A DNA stretch of 64,000 nucleotides from an uncultured Sediminibacterium sp. GTDB taxonomy: Bacteria > Bacteroidota > Bacteroidia > Chitinophagales > Chitinophagaceae. Of this stretch, positions 19,122-28,389 are shown in pieces. The translations under genes were made by a program, and so were the position numbers. The notes under the pieces are model-generated. The model was given only the letters and a program-made list of their open reading frames with translations. It was not told the origin of the DNA and ran no database searches. The stretch is from NCBI GenBank assembly GCA_964519475.1, contig CAZFKE010000003.1:98704-162703 (forward strand). The letters are read 5' to 3'. Each line of letters starts with the position of its first letter. Positions within the stretch are counted from its first letter, which is position 1.

Positions 19122-19937
19122 TTACTTTTGCGCTTTTGAAGGAGCTGTTAGTGTCCACCAAATACTACCACCTGTAAACTGCCCATAATCTAAGCTCGTT
19201 CCACCACCAGGCTGCAATAAATCAACATATCCGGTGAACGTGGTAACCGTTCCATCGCTTAATGTAAATCCTTTCGCAGAAATAGCAACTTTGTTAATTC
19301 CCGACACCTCGAATACTAAAGTACCATTTTGCACGTAAACGGTAAAATTTACACCTATTTGAGTGTATGTAGCTAATGAATAACCAATTATTCCTGATGA
19401 AAATGCGGGGGCTCCTACAAAATGGCCGTTGCCATCGGTATTATAATCTATTCTAAAATAGTAATTAGGTGTTGTGCCACTACCCCAGAGGTAATATGTT
19501 TTAGAATACTTATATCCACCGCCACTAGTGAAAGGTTCATCATCGGTTGAAGCTACTTTTATATTTTTTTTTTCTGCGGGGAGAAGCTTAGCAAGCTCTT
19601 TAATTTTATCTATTTGTTTTTTACTGTCAGAAGCGTTGAACTCAACATTTTTTTTGTTGTCTTCCACAAGACTTTGAATGTGTGAAGATTCATTGTAAAC
19701 CTTAAGGTCTTGAAGAATGGTTTTCAACTCTTTTAATGAAGACACTTTATAAGTGTTTGGCTGTAAATCCGAAACGGTGTAATTGTACGTGGCGGCAAGT
19801 TCTTTAATTTGTCCTTCAGTAATAGCAGACTCTTCTGCATTATCCGTTGATTTGTTACATCCTATCAAAGTAGAAGACATGGTGATTGCGATTAAGGCAA
19901 ATGCGAATGCAATGCCTGTATTAAATGATTTAAGCAT
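19122..19937 (-). CDS. Hypothetical lipoprotein
   Basis: Hydrophobic N-terminus ending LIGC, helical charged N-half, Gly/aromatic beta-rich C-half; 271 aa open frame. Confidence 0.75.
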   Translation of the reverse strand: MLKSFNTGIAFAFALIAITMSSTLIGCNKSTDNAEESAITEGQIKELAATYNYTVSDLQPNTYKVSSLKELKTILQDLKVYNESSHIQSLVEDNKKNVEFNASDSKKQIDKIKELAKLLPAEKKNIKVASTDDEPFTSGGGYKYSKTYYLWGSGTTPNYYFRIDYNTDGNGHFVGAPAFSSGIIGYSLATYTQIGVNFTVYVQNGTLVFEVSGINKVAISAKGFTLSDGTVTTFTGYVDLLQPGGGTSLDYGQFTGGSIWWTLTAPSKAQK

Positions 19938-20016
19938 GGTTTGTGTGTTTTATATGATTAAAATAATAAAGTGATTTATAGTATTTTCCGAACGGAAGGG
20001 TAAGTGATTTTGCCAC

Positions 20017-20478
20017 TCATAGTTTCCATGAACATTGCATAGCCGTATAGCTATCAGTTATGTATGTTTTTGACTTAGACTCATATCCATTGTCAAATTT
20101 TGTATCCAATTCTTTCAAACCCTCCGGAATATTATTTGAATACATGGAAAACTCCGCTATCGAATGAAAATGGTAAAAGCTTGCCAGCTCTTTTTGTATT
20201 ACTGTGTTGTTTGGATCGACGGCAAGTCTTTTCAGGATCCCAATACTGGCATCAGAGATCTCTCTGGGTGTTCTTGTACCCTTGTACACAATTTTCAGGT
20301 ACTCAGGATCGAAGCGGTTCATGGGATTGTTCAGCTTCATAAAGCTTTCATCCGCCGCTACCTTTTCGACAAATGAAACGGATTGGCTGTTATGGGTTTG
20401 CTCATTTTTACAGGAGTAGATCCCCAGTAAAATAACCAGCACCAAGGACAGCACACTTAAGATGTGTTTTGTTTTCAT
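20017..20478 (-). CDS. Hypothetical lipoprotein (possibly truncated)
   Basis: MKTKHILSVLSLVLVILLGIYSC lipobox from ATG 20478. Confidence 0.6.
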   Translation of the reverse strand: MKTKHILSVLSLVLVILLGIYSCKNEQTHNSQSVSFVEKVAADESFMKLNNPMNRFDPEYLKIVYKGTRTPREISDASIGILKRLAVDPNNTVIQKELASFYHFHSIAEFSMYSNNIPEGLKELDTKFDNGYESKSKTYITDSYTAMQCSWKL

Positions 20479-21051
20479 GGTTTTGAATTTTAGGTTTTTA
20501 AATTTTTTTAACAAGATGAAGGTATCATCAGGCTCTTGCAGAAGACGAATTAAAAACACCCTTTTTCATTAGGTATTTATGCGCAGTTTGATAGCTTGAT
20601 TTCTATCTTTTTTTTCCATAAACACAAAGGCTTTTGTCCTAAACAATGCGAAAACAGTTTATAACACTTCTTATTTTTACTGTGTTTCACCAAACCGAAA
20701 AATTTACCGTATGAAAAAAATCCCGTTTGCAAGCCTCTTTTTAAGTCTTGTATCATGAAATGTCTTCCTGTTTTAGGAGCATATTTATTTTTTATGATTT
20801 TCTGTCGGGAAAAGTAGACAACACATGAAATTTGTAATAGAAGAGAATGTGAAGAATATCCCGTATGGAAAAGTATATCTAAAGAAAGCTTACTATTGTA
20901 GTATTCTTCTTGGCTCAATTGAATGTAGTAACGGGCCTTTTTTTTAAACGAAAAGTTGCTTCTTTTTTACCCCGTCATGGCAATCGCTTTATATCCGCCC
21001 CCAAATTTCTCAATCGCTCATCAATAAACTGATAAGCTCTGTCTGATGGCA

Positions 21052-21800
21052 GGTCTTGTGTCTTCACAAGACCCTACCCGATGTTATTTTTGAGAGTCTG
21101 TCATCGTAGTCGAAATAATGATATAAGAAATCAAATTCATTAATGCCTGTTTCATAAAATCTTGCGGAAGAGTATTTATAGGCAATGGGGTCATTTGCTA
21201 ATCTCCATTTCATATGCAAAGGGTTATTGTGTATATAATTTAGTTTTTGCAAAGTTGTTTTCTGTGTAAACAGCAAAAACCAATCAGGTTCCGGCTGCCA
21301 GAAATTATACTTCCGGCAACGCCAGTCAACTTTGTAATTTGCCAGATCATCCGGGTTTGTTTTCAGTAGATGTTGCTCAAAACAGTGGGCAGTAAATTTC
21401 ATTAGACTGGCTGCCGGACTTTCTCTGCCATTGCGTTTGATCAGCTGCCAGATTATGTGTATATGATTTGGCATGATCACAAATCCATATACCCTGATCA
21501 CAGCTCTTTTATGTAGAAAAGATAAAGAGTCGGTTATGGATTCATAAAAATCATATTGACTGATCAATGGCCGCCATTGATGTATAGTGCTTGTATAAAA
21601 ATAAAGCGCACCGTATTCCATACTTTACTTTTTATTCAGTTTGCAAAGTAGGAGAGTGCGGGTAGAAATCATAGGGTATTCATACCTGTAAAATACCGCG
21701 GTATTCAAGTGTAGTATTTGTGTTGTGGACTTTATGATATGGTGTTTGTGGTGACACAAACACGGCTACCCTGCGCAGTTCTTGTGAGGACACAAGAACT
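21052..21800. mobile_element. RAYT locus with three flanking REP-like hairpins
   Basis: GGTCTTGTG-TCTT-CACAAGACC (21052-21073), GTGTTTGTG-GTGA-CACAAACAC (21742-21763), AGTTCTTGTG-AGGA-CACAAGAACT (21777-21800); GTAG tags on the minus strand at 21074-21077 and 21766-21769. Confidence 0.75.
21064..21621 (-). CDS. REP-associated tyrosine transposase (RAYT, IS200-like Y1 HUH endonuclease)
   Basis: YFYTST, YGFVIMPNHIH (HUH), FWQ, QKLNYIHNNP (catalytic Tyr), YKYSSARFY. Confidence 0.9.
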   Translation of the reverse strand: MEYGALYFYTSTIHQWRPLISQYDFYESITDSLSFLHKRAVIRVYGFVIMPNHIHIIWQLIKRNGRESPAASLMKFTAHCFEQHLLKTNPDDLANYKVDWRCRKYNFWQPEPDWFLLFTQKTTLQKLNYIHNNPLHMKWRLANDPIAYKYSSARFYETGINEFDFLYHYFDYDDRLSKITSGRVL

Positions 21801-21816
21801 TTCATGATAATAACAA

Positions 21817-23124
21817 TCAAGACACCCGCTGTATATCTGCTCCCAATTTCCTCAATCGTTCATCAATGAACTGATACCCCCTGTCTATCTGTTCAATATT
21901 CTGTATCACACTTTTTCCTTCCGCACTTAATGCAGCGATCAGCAATGCCTGTCCGGCACGTATATCCGGACTGCTCATCGTAATGCCACGTAGACTGTTT
22001 TTTCTTCCGAGTCCAATTACAGTTGCACGGTGTGGATCGCAAAGAATAATTTGCGCACCCATATCTATCAACTTATCTGTAAAAAACAAACGGCTCTCAA
22101 ACATTTTCTGGTGTATTAACACACTGCCTCTTGCCTGTGTGGCTACTACCAAAACAATACTTAACAGATCTGGTGTAAATCCCGGCCAGGGGTGATCATA
22201 TATGGTTAAGATACCACCATCCATAAAAGTCTGTATCTCATATACATCCTGTGCAGGAATATAAATATCATCACCTTTGATCTGGAATTGAATACCCAGC
22301 TGCTGAAACTTTTCCGGGATTACGCCCAGGTGTTCAACACCGGCATGTTTAATAGTGATCTCACTTTGCGTCATAGCCGCCAGGCCAATAAAACTGCCGA
22401 TCTCGATCATATCGGGTAACATGCGGTGTGTGGTTCCACCTAAAATACTTACCCCTTCAATATTCAGAAGATTACTTCCAATACCTGTAATCTTTGCGCC
22501 CATCCGGTTCAGCATTTTACATAACTGCTGCACGTAAGGTTCACAGGCTGCATTATAAATGGTAGTGGTGCCTTCTGCCAATACAGCTGCCATCACAATA
22601 TTAGCAGTACCGGTTACCGAAGGTTCATCCAGTAACATAAACGTACCGGTTAATTGTGCTGATGATAATTTGAAACAGCCCAATTGATCGTCATATTCAT
22701 ATTTGGCACCCAGTTTTTCAAAACCAATGATATGCGTATCCAGTCTTCTGCGGCCGATCTTATCACCACCCGGCTTGGGAATATAAGCGCGTTTAAATCT
22801 TGCGAGCATCGGCCCCGCAAACATCACACTGCCACGCAGCCTTCCGCCTTTTTTCCGAAAATCATCAGAAGCCAGGTAATCTGCATCTATCGTATCTGCC
22901 TGGAATGTACAGGTATCTTTTGTTGTGCGGGTAACTTTCACGCCGATATCCTGTAATAATTCGATCAACAGGTTTACATCCAGTATATCCGGAATATTTG
23001 AAACGGTAACCGGCGATGCAGTTAATAACACAGCCGATAATATCTGCAAAGCTTCATTCTTCGCGCCCTGCGGAATAATCTCTCCTTTTAATGTATTGCC
23101 ACCGATCACTTCAAATGAGCTCAT
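21817..23124 (-). CDS. murA: UDP-N-acetylglucosamine 1-carboxyvinyltransferase
   Basis: GAKNEAL, LRGSV, PGGDKIGRRRLDTH, SVTGTAN, PDMIE, PWPGFTPD, MFESR, DIRAG, IDRGY. Start set at ATG 23124. Confidence 0.97.
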   Translation of the reverse strand: MSSFEVIGGNTLKGEIIPQGAKNEALQILSAVLLTASPVTVSNIPDILDVNLLIELLQDIGVKVTRTTKDTCTFQADTIDADYLASDDFRKKGGRLRGSVMFAGPMLARFKRAYIPKPGGDKIGRRRLDTHIIGFEKLGAKYEYDDQLGCFKLSSAQLTGTFMLLDEPSVTGTANIVMAAVLAEGTTTIYNAACEPYVQQLCKMLNRMGAKITGIGSNLLNIEGVSILGGTTHRMLPDMIEIGSFIGLAAMTQSEITIKHAGVEHLGVIPEKFQQLGIQFQIKGDDIYIPAQDVYEIQTFMDGGILTIYDHPWPGFTPDLLSIVLVVATQARGSVLIHQKMFESRLFFTDKLIDMGAQIILCDPHRATVIGLGRKNSLRGITMSSPDIRAGQALLIAALSAEGKSVIQNIEQIDRGYQFIDERLRKLGADIQRVS

Positions 23125-23274
23125 GTTGTTTATTGGTTTTGGGTTATCAGTGATTAATCTGATGGCTATCTGCAAGCTAATTAGCACAAATAAAAAAGCA
23201 TCAGTGTTTTCTGATGCCTAAAAATATCTTTTTACCCGTAAACAAATAAACAAATAAACCGGTAAACGAATAAA

Positions 23275-24060
23275 CTAGTAGCGTTTTTTAAACTGACCGC
23301 CTCTTCCTTCCTGTCTGCCGCCATTGTTCCTGTTATCTCCGCCACGGGTATTTCCGTTGCCGGCACCATTGTTGTTTCGGTTATTTCTGCCATCGGTTCT
23401 TCCGCCGCCGCTTCGGTTATCTCTTCCGCCGCCGGTTCTTCCACCACTGCGTCCGCCAAAGTTCTGCTGCCAGCGTCCGCCACCGGTGCTGCGTGGATAT
23501 TCATCACGCTCAAAATTCTGGTTGCGGTGTTTAATGTATGGCGTGTTGCTGAATTCCAATTGCCCGCCGGTAATACTGTTCAACTCGGTACGGATGGTAT
23601 CATCATGCACCAGTTCCTTATGCCAATTGCTGTAAGCCAGCTTCATGTAATAGGCAATCGCATGTGCAAAGCCCGCTTTTTTCTCCGGATCTTCTTCATG
23701 CAATGCTTTATCTATCACCACTTCCAGGTTCTTACCCAGGTGCGCATATTTTGGATGGCGTTTGGGATAAGGTAAGGGATCCGGTTTTTGCTTATAGGTT
23801 TCTTTTTGCGGGATCGGATAGGGACTATCCACTTCCAGCTTAAAATCACTGATAAAGAAAAGATGGTCCCAAAGCTTATGCCTGAAGTCTTCTACATTCT
23901 TTAAATGCGGGTTCACAAAACCCATTAATTCAATTACACAATGTGCCTGTTGCTGACGTTTTTCCTTGTCCTCAATGGTCAGTAAATACTCCACCATCTT
24001 TTGTACATGGCGGCCATATTCTTTCATGCCCAGGTAGTTTCGCTCTGTGTTGTACTCCAT
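23275..24060 (-). CDS. DUF4290 domain-containing protein with Gly/Arg/Asn-rich C-terminal tail
   Basis: MEYNT...EYGRHVQKMV...KLWDHL...SPYP motif of the Bacteroidota family usually adjacent to murA; start could be 24072. Confidence 0.85.
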   Translation of the reverse strand: MEYNTERNYLGMKEYGRHVQKMVEYLLTIEDKEKRQQQAHCVIELMGFVNPHLKNVEDFRHKLWDHLFFISDFKLEVDSPYPIPQKETYKQKPDPLPYPKRHPKYAHLGKNLEVVIDKALHEEDPEKKAGFAHAIAYYMKLAYSNWHKELVHDDTIRTELNSITGGQLEFSNTPYIKHRNQNFERDEYPRSTGGGRWQQNFGGRSGGRTGGGRDNRSGGGRTDGRNNRNNNGAGNGNTRGGDNRNNGGRQEGRGGQFKKRY

Positions 24061-24326
24061 ATAATTGTTCATCTGCAAGAACAAATGTAAGTAATAAGCG
24101 CAGATTTGCAGGATTTAGGGTATGATTGATATAATTTAGGCGGGTATTCGGCCGGCTTTAACAATACGCGATCGCTGAATTCCGCTTATTTACCGGCTTC
24201 TGCACACATGGCATCGCCGCTTGTGTCACTCACTTCAGGGTTCCGAACGGCTATCAGCAGCCTGATGAATCCAAATCATACCAATCATACCCCAAAACAT
24301 ATTCAATCAGCGTTTATCTTTGCCCT

Positions 24327-25358
24327 ATGGAACAGTTAGTAAACCAGATTGAGGCATACAGGCAGGAAGTGACTGCATTCGAAGCTGATTCGCCTGATGC
24401 CGTAGAAGAATTCCGCATCAAATACCTCGGTACCAAAGGCATCGTAAAAGCCATCATGGGCGAAATGCGCAATGTACCCAACGACCGAAAAAAAGAATTC
24501 GGCCAGGCGCTCAACGATTTCAAACTGTTTGTAGAAGGTAAATACGAAAGCCTCAAAGAAAACAACTCCAAACCCCAAACCCCAAACCCCAAACTAACCG
24601 ACTGGAGCCTCCCCGGCGACCCCGTTCCCGTTGGTACACGCCATCCGTTAAATATTGTACGCAACCAGATCGTGTCTATTTTCAAACGCCTGGGTTTTGC
24701 CGTAGCGGAAGGTCCGGAAATAGAAGATGACTGGCACAATTTCGGCGCCATGAATCTGCCGGAAGACCATCCTGCGCGCGATATGCAGGATACTTTCTAT
24801 ATCAGTCAAAACCCATCCTGGCTCCTGCGCACGCATACCAGTAGTGTACAGGCAAGGGTAATGGAAACACAAAAACCGCCGATACGGGTTATCTGTCCGG
24901 GACGTGTTTACCGTAATGAAACCATCAGTGCCCGTGCGCATTGCTTCTTTCACCAGGTAGAAGGATTATATATAGATGAGAACGTAAGCTTCGCCGATCT
25001 CAAACAAACCCTTTACTTTTTTGTGCAGGAAATGTTTGGGAAAGAGGTGAAAATTCGTTTTCGCCCCAGCTATTTTCCATTCACAGAACCCAGTGCCGAA
25101 ATGGATATCAGCTGTTTGATTTGTGGCGGCGAGGGTTGTAATATTTGTAAACATACGGGCTGGGTAGAGATACTGGGAAGTGGAATGGTACACCCTAATG
25201 TATTGGACAATTTTGGTATCGACTCAAATAAATATACCGGTTTCGCTTTCGGGATGGGTGTAGAAAGAATTACCCAATTAAAATACCAGGTAAATGATTT
25301 ACGCCTGTACTCACAGAATGATGTTCGCTTTCTGAAACAGTTTACGGGTGTTGTATAA
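24327..25358 (+). CDS. pheS: Phenylalanine--tRNA ligase alpha subunit
   Basis: GTRHPL, HPARDMQDTF, LLRTHTS, GRVYRNE, FHQVEG, RPSYFPFTEPS, GFAFGMGVER. Confidence 0.98.
   Translation: MEQLVNQIEAYRQEVTAFEADSPDAVEEFRIKYLGTKGIVKAIMGEMRNVPNDRKKEFGQALNDFKLFVEGKYESLKENNSKPQTPNPKLTDWSLPGDPVPVGTRHPLNIVRNQIVSIFKRLGFAVAEGPEIEDDWHNFGAMNLPEDHPARDMQDTFYISQNPSWLLRTHTSSVQARVMETQKPPIRVICPGRVYRNETISARAHCFFHQVEGLYIDENVSFADLKQTLYFFVQEMFGKEVKIRFRPSYFPFTEPSAEMDISCLICGGEGCNICKHTGWVEILGSGMVHPNVLDNFGIDSNKYTGFAFGMGVERITQLKYQVNDLRLYSQNDVRFLKQFTGVV
24563..24595 (+). repeat. (AAACCCC)3 heptamer run in frame within pheS linker
   Basis: AAACCCC at 24570, 24577 and 24584, flanked by degenerate copies; encodes NSKPQTPNPKL. 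Confidence 0.85.
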
Positions 25359-25545
25359 CCTTACTATGACATGAATAACAAAAGCCCTAACGCGTGCTTT
25401 TTTGTTTAACTGCTATTGGATCAGTTCATCTGATGAAATAAACAATTGTATAACAAGCATTTATTTATCATAAATTGTAACCGGATTTCTTGCAGGTTTG
25501 TATTATTCACTTACCTTACCAACTTAACCCCCGCAATCTTTTTTT

Positions 25546-26325
25546 ATGCTTGCTATTTTGTGTTTCTTTTTGGGACATTGGTTCCTGTCTCTGTTTTTCC
25601 ACTCCTTTTTTTTACACCGTTTCTGTTCCCATAAAATGTATACGACCAGTAAGAACTGGGAGCGTATTTTTTATGTGACCACCTGGCTGGTGCAGGGGTC
25701 TTCCTTTTTGATTCCGAGAGCATATGGCGTAATGCACCGCATGCACCATACCTACAGCGATACCGAACAGGATCCGCACTCGCCACATTTTTTTAAAGAT
25801 GTGTACCGGATGATGCAGAGCACGGTGCTTATCTTCCGAAGTTTTGTAACCGGCGAACGTTTGCCGGATGAACAGTTTACCAAAGAGTACCTGCCCGTTT
25901 GGGACCGGCTTGATAAATTTGGGCACCACTGGTTTACCCGTTTGTGTTTTATAGCGGCATACACTGTCTTCTATATTTATTTTGCACCTAATATGTGGTG
26001 GTTCCTACTATTGCCCATTCATTATTTAATGGGGCCGATACAGGGCGCAGTTGTAAACTGGTGTGGGCATAAATATGGCTACAGTAATTTTGATAATGGC
26101 GATCATTCCAAAAACTCATCGCCCTGGGGTATTTTCATGATGGGCGAGTTATTCCAGAATAACCATCACTATGCTAAGAATGATGCCAACTTTGCCAAGA
26201 AATGGTTCGAGTTTGATCTTACTTATTTTATTATGAGAGGATTGAATAAAGTTAGAATCATACAATTGATTCCGGTACCGATAAAGGTGATTACTCCTTT
26301 CGAAGATAACCGCAGAGGTGCTTGA
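25546..26325 (+). CDS. Acyl-CoA (delta-9-type) fatty acid desaturase
   Basis: Three His boxes HRFCSH, HRMHH, QNNHH; AVVNWCGH. Confidence 0.92.
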   Translation: MLAILCFFLGHWFLSLFFHSFFLHRFCSHKMYTTSKNWERIFYVTTWLVQGSSFLIPRAYGVMHRMHHTYSDTEQDPHSPHFFKDVYRMMQSTVLIFRSFVTGERLPDEQFTKEYLPVWDRLDKFGHHWFTRLCFIAAYTVFYIYFAPNMWWFLLLPIHYLMGPIQGAVVNWCGHKYGYSNFDNGDHSKNSSPWGIFMMGELFQNNHHYAKNDANFAKKWFEFDLTYFIMRGLNKVRIIQLIPVPIKVITPFEDNRRGA

Positions 26326-26373
26326 TAAACCATTAGTCTCTGTACTTTTACAGCAACCCATTTCTCATAATCC

Positions 26374-27111
26374 ATGGTTCACGCAACCAAAGGCATTGTA
26401 TTAAGGACAGTAAAATATGGTGATACCAGTATCATTACCACAATCTATACCGAGCTGTTTGGTATACAGAGTTATATCGTAAAAGGGGTACGGCAAAGCA
26501 GCAAAACTTCTGCCGGCAAAGCAAGCTTTTTTCAACCGGCAGCGATGCTGGATATGGAAGTGTACCATAATGAATTGAAACAATTACAATTCATCAAAGA
26601 ATACCAATGGGCCTATTTGTACGAGAAGGTTTTGTTTGATGTGGTAAGAAATACAGTTGCCCAGTTTGTAATTGAACTGTTACAGCACAGCCTCAAGCAA
26701 CCGGAGGCCAATCCTGAATTATTTTATTTGATTGAAGACACGTTAAAACAATTAGACAAAGGCAATGATACCCTAACCGGAAACCTGCCATTATATTTCA
26801 CACTTCATTTAGGCAGTGAATTGGGTTTTCAATTCCACGGAAATTATAGCGAGCAAACGCCTGTGCTTGATTTGCAGGAAGGTATGTTTATTGCAGAAAA
26901 GCCCACACATCCCTATTATTTGGAAAGCAATCATGCTAAAATAACTTCGGACCTTTCCGGCTTGCAATTTTATAATGATCTGGAAACGATCTCACTCAAC
27001 AGAACAACCAGAAGGGAATTGTTGCAGGCCTATCAAACCTATTTATCACTGCATATTGCAGATTTTGGGGAGATGAGAAGCTTTGAGATTTTGCGGGAAA
27101 TATTATCGTGA
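26374..27111 (+). CDS. recO: DNA repair protein RecO
   Basis: TKGIVLRTVKYGDTSII...FGIQSYIVKGVR OB-fold N-terminus, LGFQF, YLSLHI. Confidence 0.92.
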   Translation: MVHATKGIVLRTVKYGDTSIITTIYTELFGIQSYIVKGVRQSSKTSAGKASFFQPAAMLDMEVYHNELKQLQFIKEYQWAYLYEKVLFDVVRNTVAQFVIELLQHSLKQPEANPELFYLIEDTLKQLDKGNDTLTGNLPLYFTLHLGSELGFQFHGNYSEQTPVLDLQEGMFIAEKPTHPYYLESNHAKITSDLSGLQFYNDLETISLNRTTRRELLQAYQTYLSLHIADFGEMRSFEILREILS

Positions 27112-27161
27112 AATGTTAGACATGAGTCAAAATGTATTCACTCACGACTAACGATTCACGA
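27106..27161. repeat. Inverted repeat of TCGTGAA/ACGACTC-type heptamers between convergent recO and amidohydrolase
   Basis: TCGTGAAATGTTAGACATGAGT vs ACTCACGACTAACGATTCACGA, 18/22 complementary. Confidence 0.7.
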
Positions 27162-27165
27162 ACCA

Positions 27166-28350
27166 CTAAATCAAACGTTTACTAAAGCTCGTTTGCGTTA
27201 AGCAATCATTCTCCAATCCGCTTACTAAAACCACGCCCGGTTTCTTACCTTTCTCAAAACTTCCCAGATGATCATCCATTTGGAGGGCTTTAGCACCGTT
27301 GAGTGTTGCCCATTGTAATAATTCATTTAATGGAACAGATGGAAAATGTTTGCTGATGGTTTTTAACTCATCCAGCATATTCAGGCTCCAATTGCTGGCA
27401 AGGCTGTCTGTACCTATTACAATGCTGCAACCATTCTTTCGTAAAAGATCAATAGGTGGAACAGCATTTTCAATATATTGATTTGCATTAATACAAACAC
27501 ACCAACTTACAACCGACGACTCACGACTCACGAATAACAGATCTTCTTCTTTTGTAAAAGTATTATGAACAAGCAATACTCTTTTTGCATTACTCATTCT
27601 TGAAAAATACGATTGTAAACTGCTTTTACCTGTTGGTTTAAAAAAAGAAGTATCCATTTTCATCATACCATACATTCTTGTAAAATCGCCTTCGTTTTTT
27701 TGGAAAAGCAAATCCTCGAAATTAGTTTCCTGATTATGAATGGTTACTGTTTTTTCTTTAAAATAAGGTGCTATCATTGCCCACAACTCGTTTGAAACGG
27801 AGTACGGGGCATGGGGTGATAAACTATTTTGAATTTTGAATTTTGAATTCTGAATTGAGTTGAAGGATTTGTAAAAGTCTAATGATCTTTCAAATCTCAA
27901 TTGTGCAACCGAAGGCATCCACCCGCTTACTTCAATAAAATTATAATAAGCCAGGTTTTGTTTTTGTTTCTGCGGAAGGCTTAGTGTGTTATTACAAATA
28001 TCACCCACAGCTACAATTCCATTTGTAAGCATTTCCGTTTCTGCGTTCGTAAGGGCATCCATTATTTCTTCTTCAGGAAAATGACGTTCGTTAACCACGG
28101 CAAAAACAAAATCAACCAAACCGGTAGCTTCAGGTATAAGGCCGCGCATATGGCTGAGTTCAAGATGGCAATGACAATTAATAAAACCGGGGCTTAATAA
28201 GCCATCCAGTTGCTGAATACCCTCACCGGCATCTTTTGCAGAAATGATCTCTTCTACTTTGCCTTGTTCATCAGTGATCAATACATGACCCGGGCCGAGT
28301 ATTCCGGTGCCGGTGAAAATTTGTGTGGGTTGGAATTTTCGGTAACTCAA
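27166..28350 (-). CDS. Metal-dependent amidohydrolase (SsnA/MTA-SAH deaminase-like)
   Basis: PGFINCHCHLELS, SPHAPYS, IHNQE, HNT, IGTDSLASN, ATLNGAKAL, GSFEKGKKPG. Start set at TTG 28350 because the ORF-track start (28407) lies inside a repeat element; start uncertain. Confidence 0.85.
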   Translation of the reverse strand: MSYRKFQPTQIFTGTGILGPGHVLITDEQGKVEEIISAKDAGEGIQQLDGLLSPGFINCHCHLELSHMRGLIPEATGLVDFVFAVVNERHFPEEEIMDALTNAETEMLTNGIVAVGDICNNTLSLPQKQKQNLAYYNFIEVSGWMPSVAQLRFERSLDFYKSFNSIQNSKFKIQNSLSPHAPYSVSNELWAMIAPYFKEKTVTIHNQETNFEDLLFQKNEGDFTRMYGMMKMDTSFFKPTGKSSLQSYFSRMSNAKRVLLVHNTFTKEEDLLFVSRESSVVSWCVCINANQYIENAVPPIDLLRKNGCSIVIGTDSLASNWSLNMLDELKTISKHFPSVPLNELLQWATLNGAKALQMDDHLGSFEKGKKPGVVLVSGLENDCLTQTSFSKRLI

Positions 28351-28389
28351 GTGGATTATATTGATGGCAAATGTATTCAACGTATGGGG

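Noticed and set aside
20577-20918. 113-aa minus-strand ORF in the AT-rich gap of the island
   Set aside because: No motif, signal peptide or plausible composition; it spans poly-T/A promoter-like DNA and is probably spurious.
24200-24345. Possible pheM-like leader peptide or T-box upstream of pheS
   Set aside because: The small ORF is not Phe-rich, no T-box motif was seen, and a -7 promoter box lies immediately before the pheS start, leaving no room for a leader.
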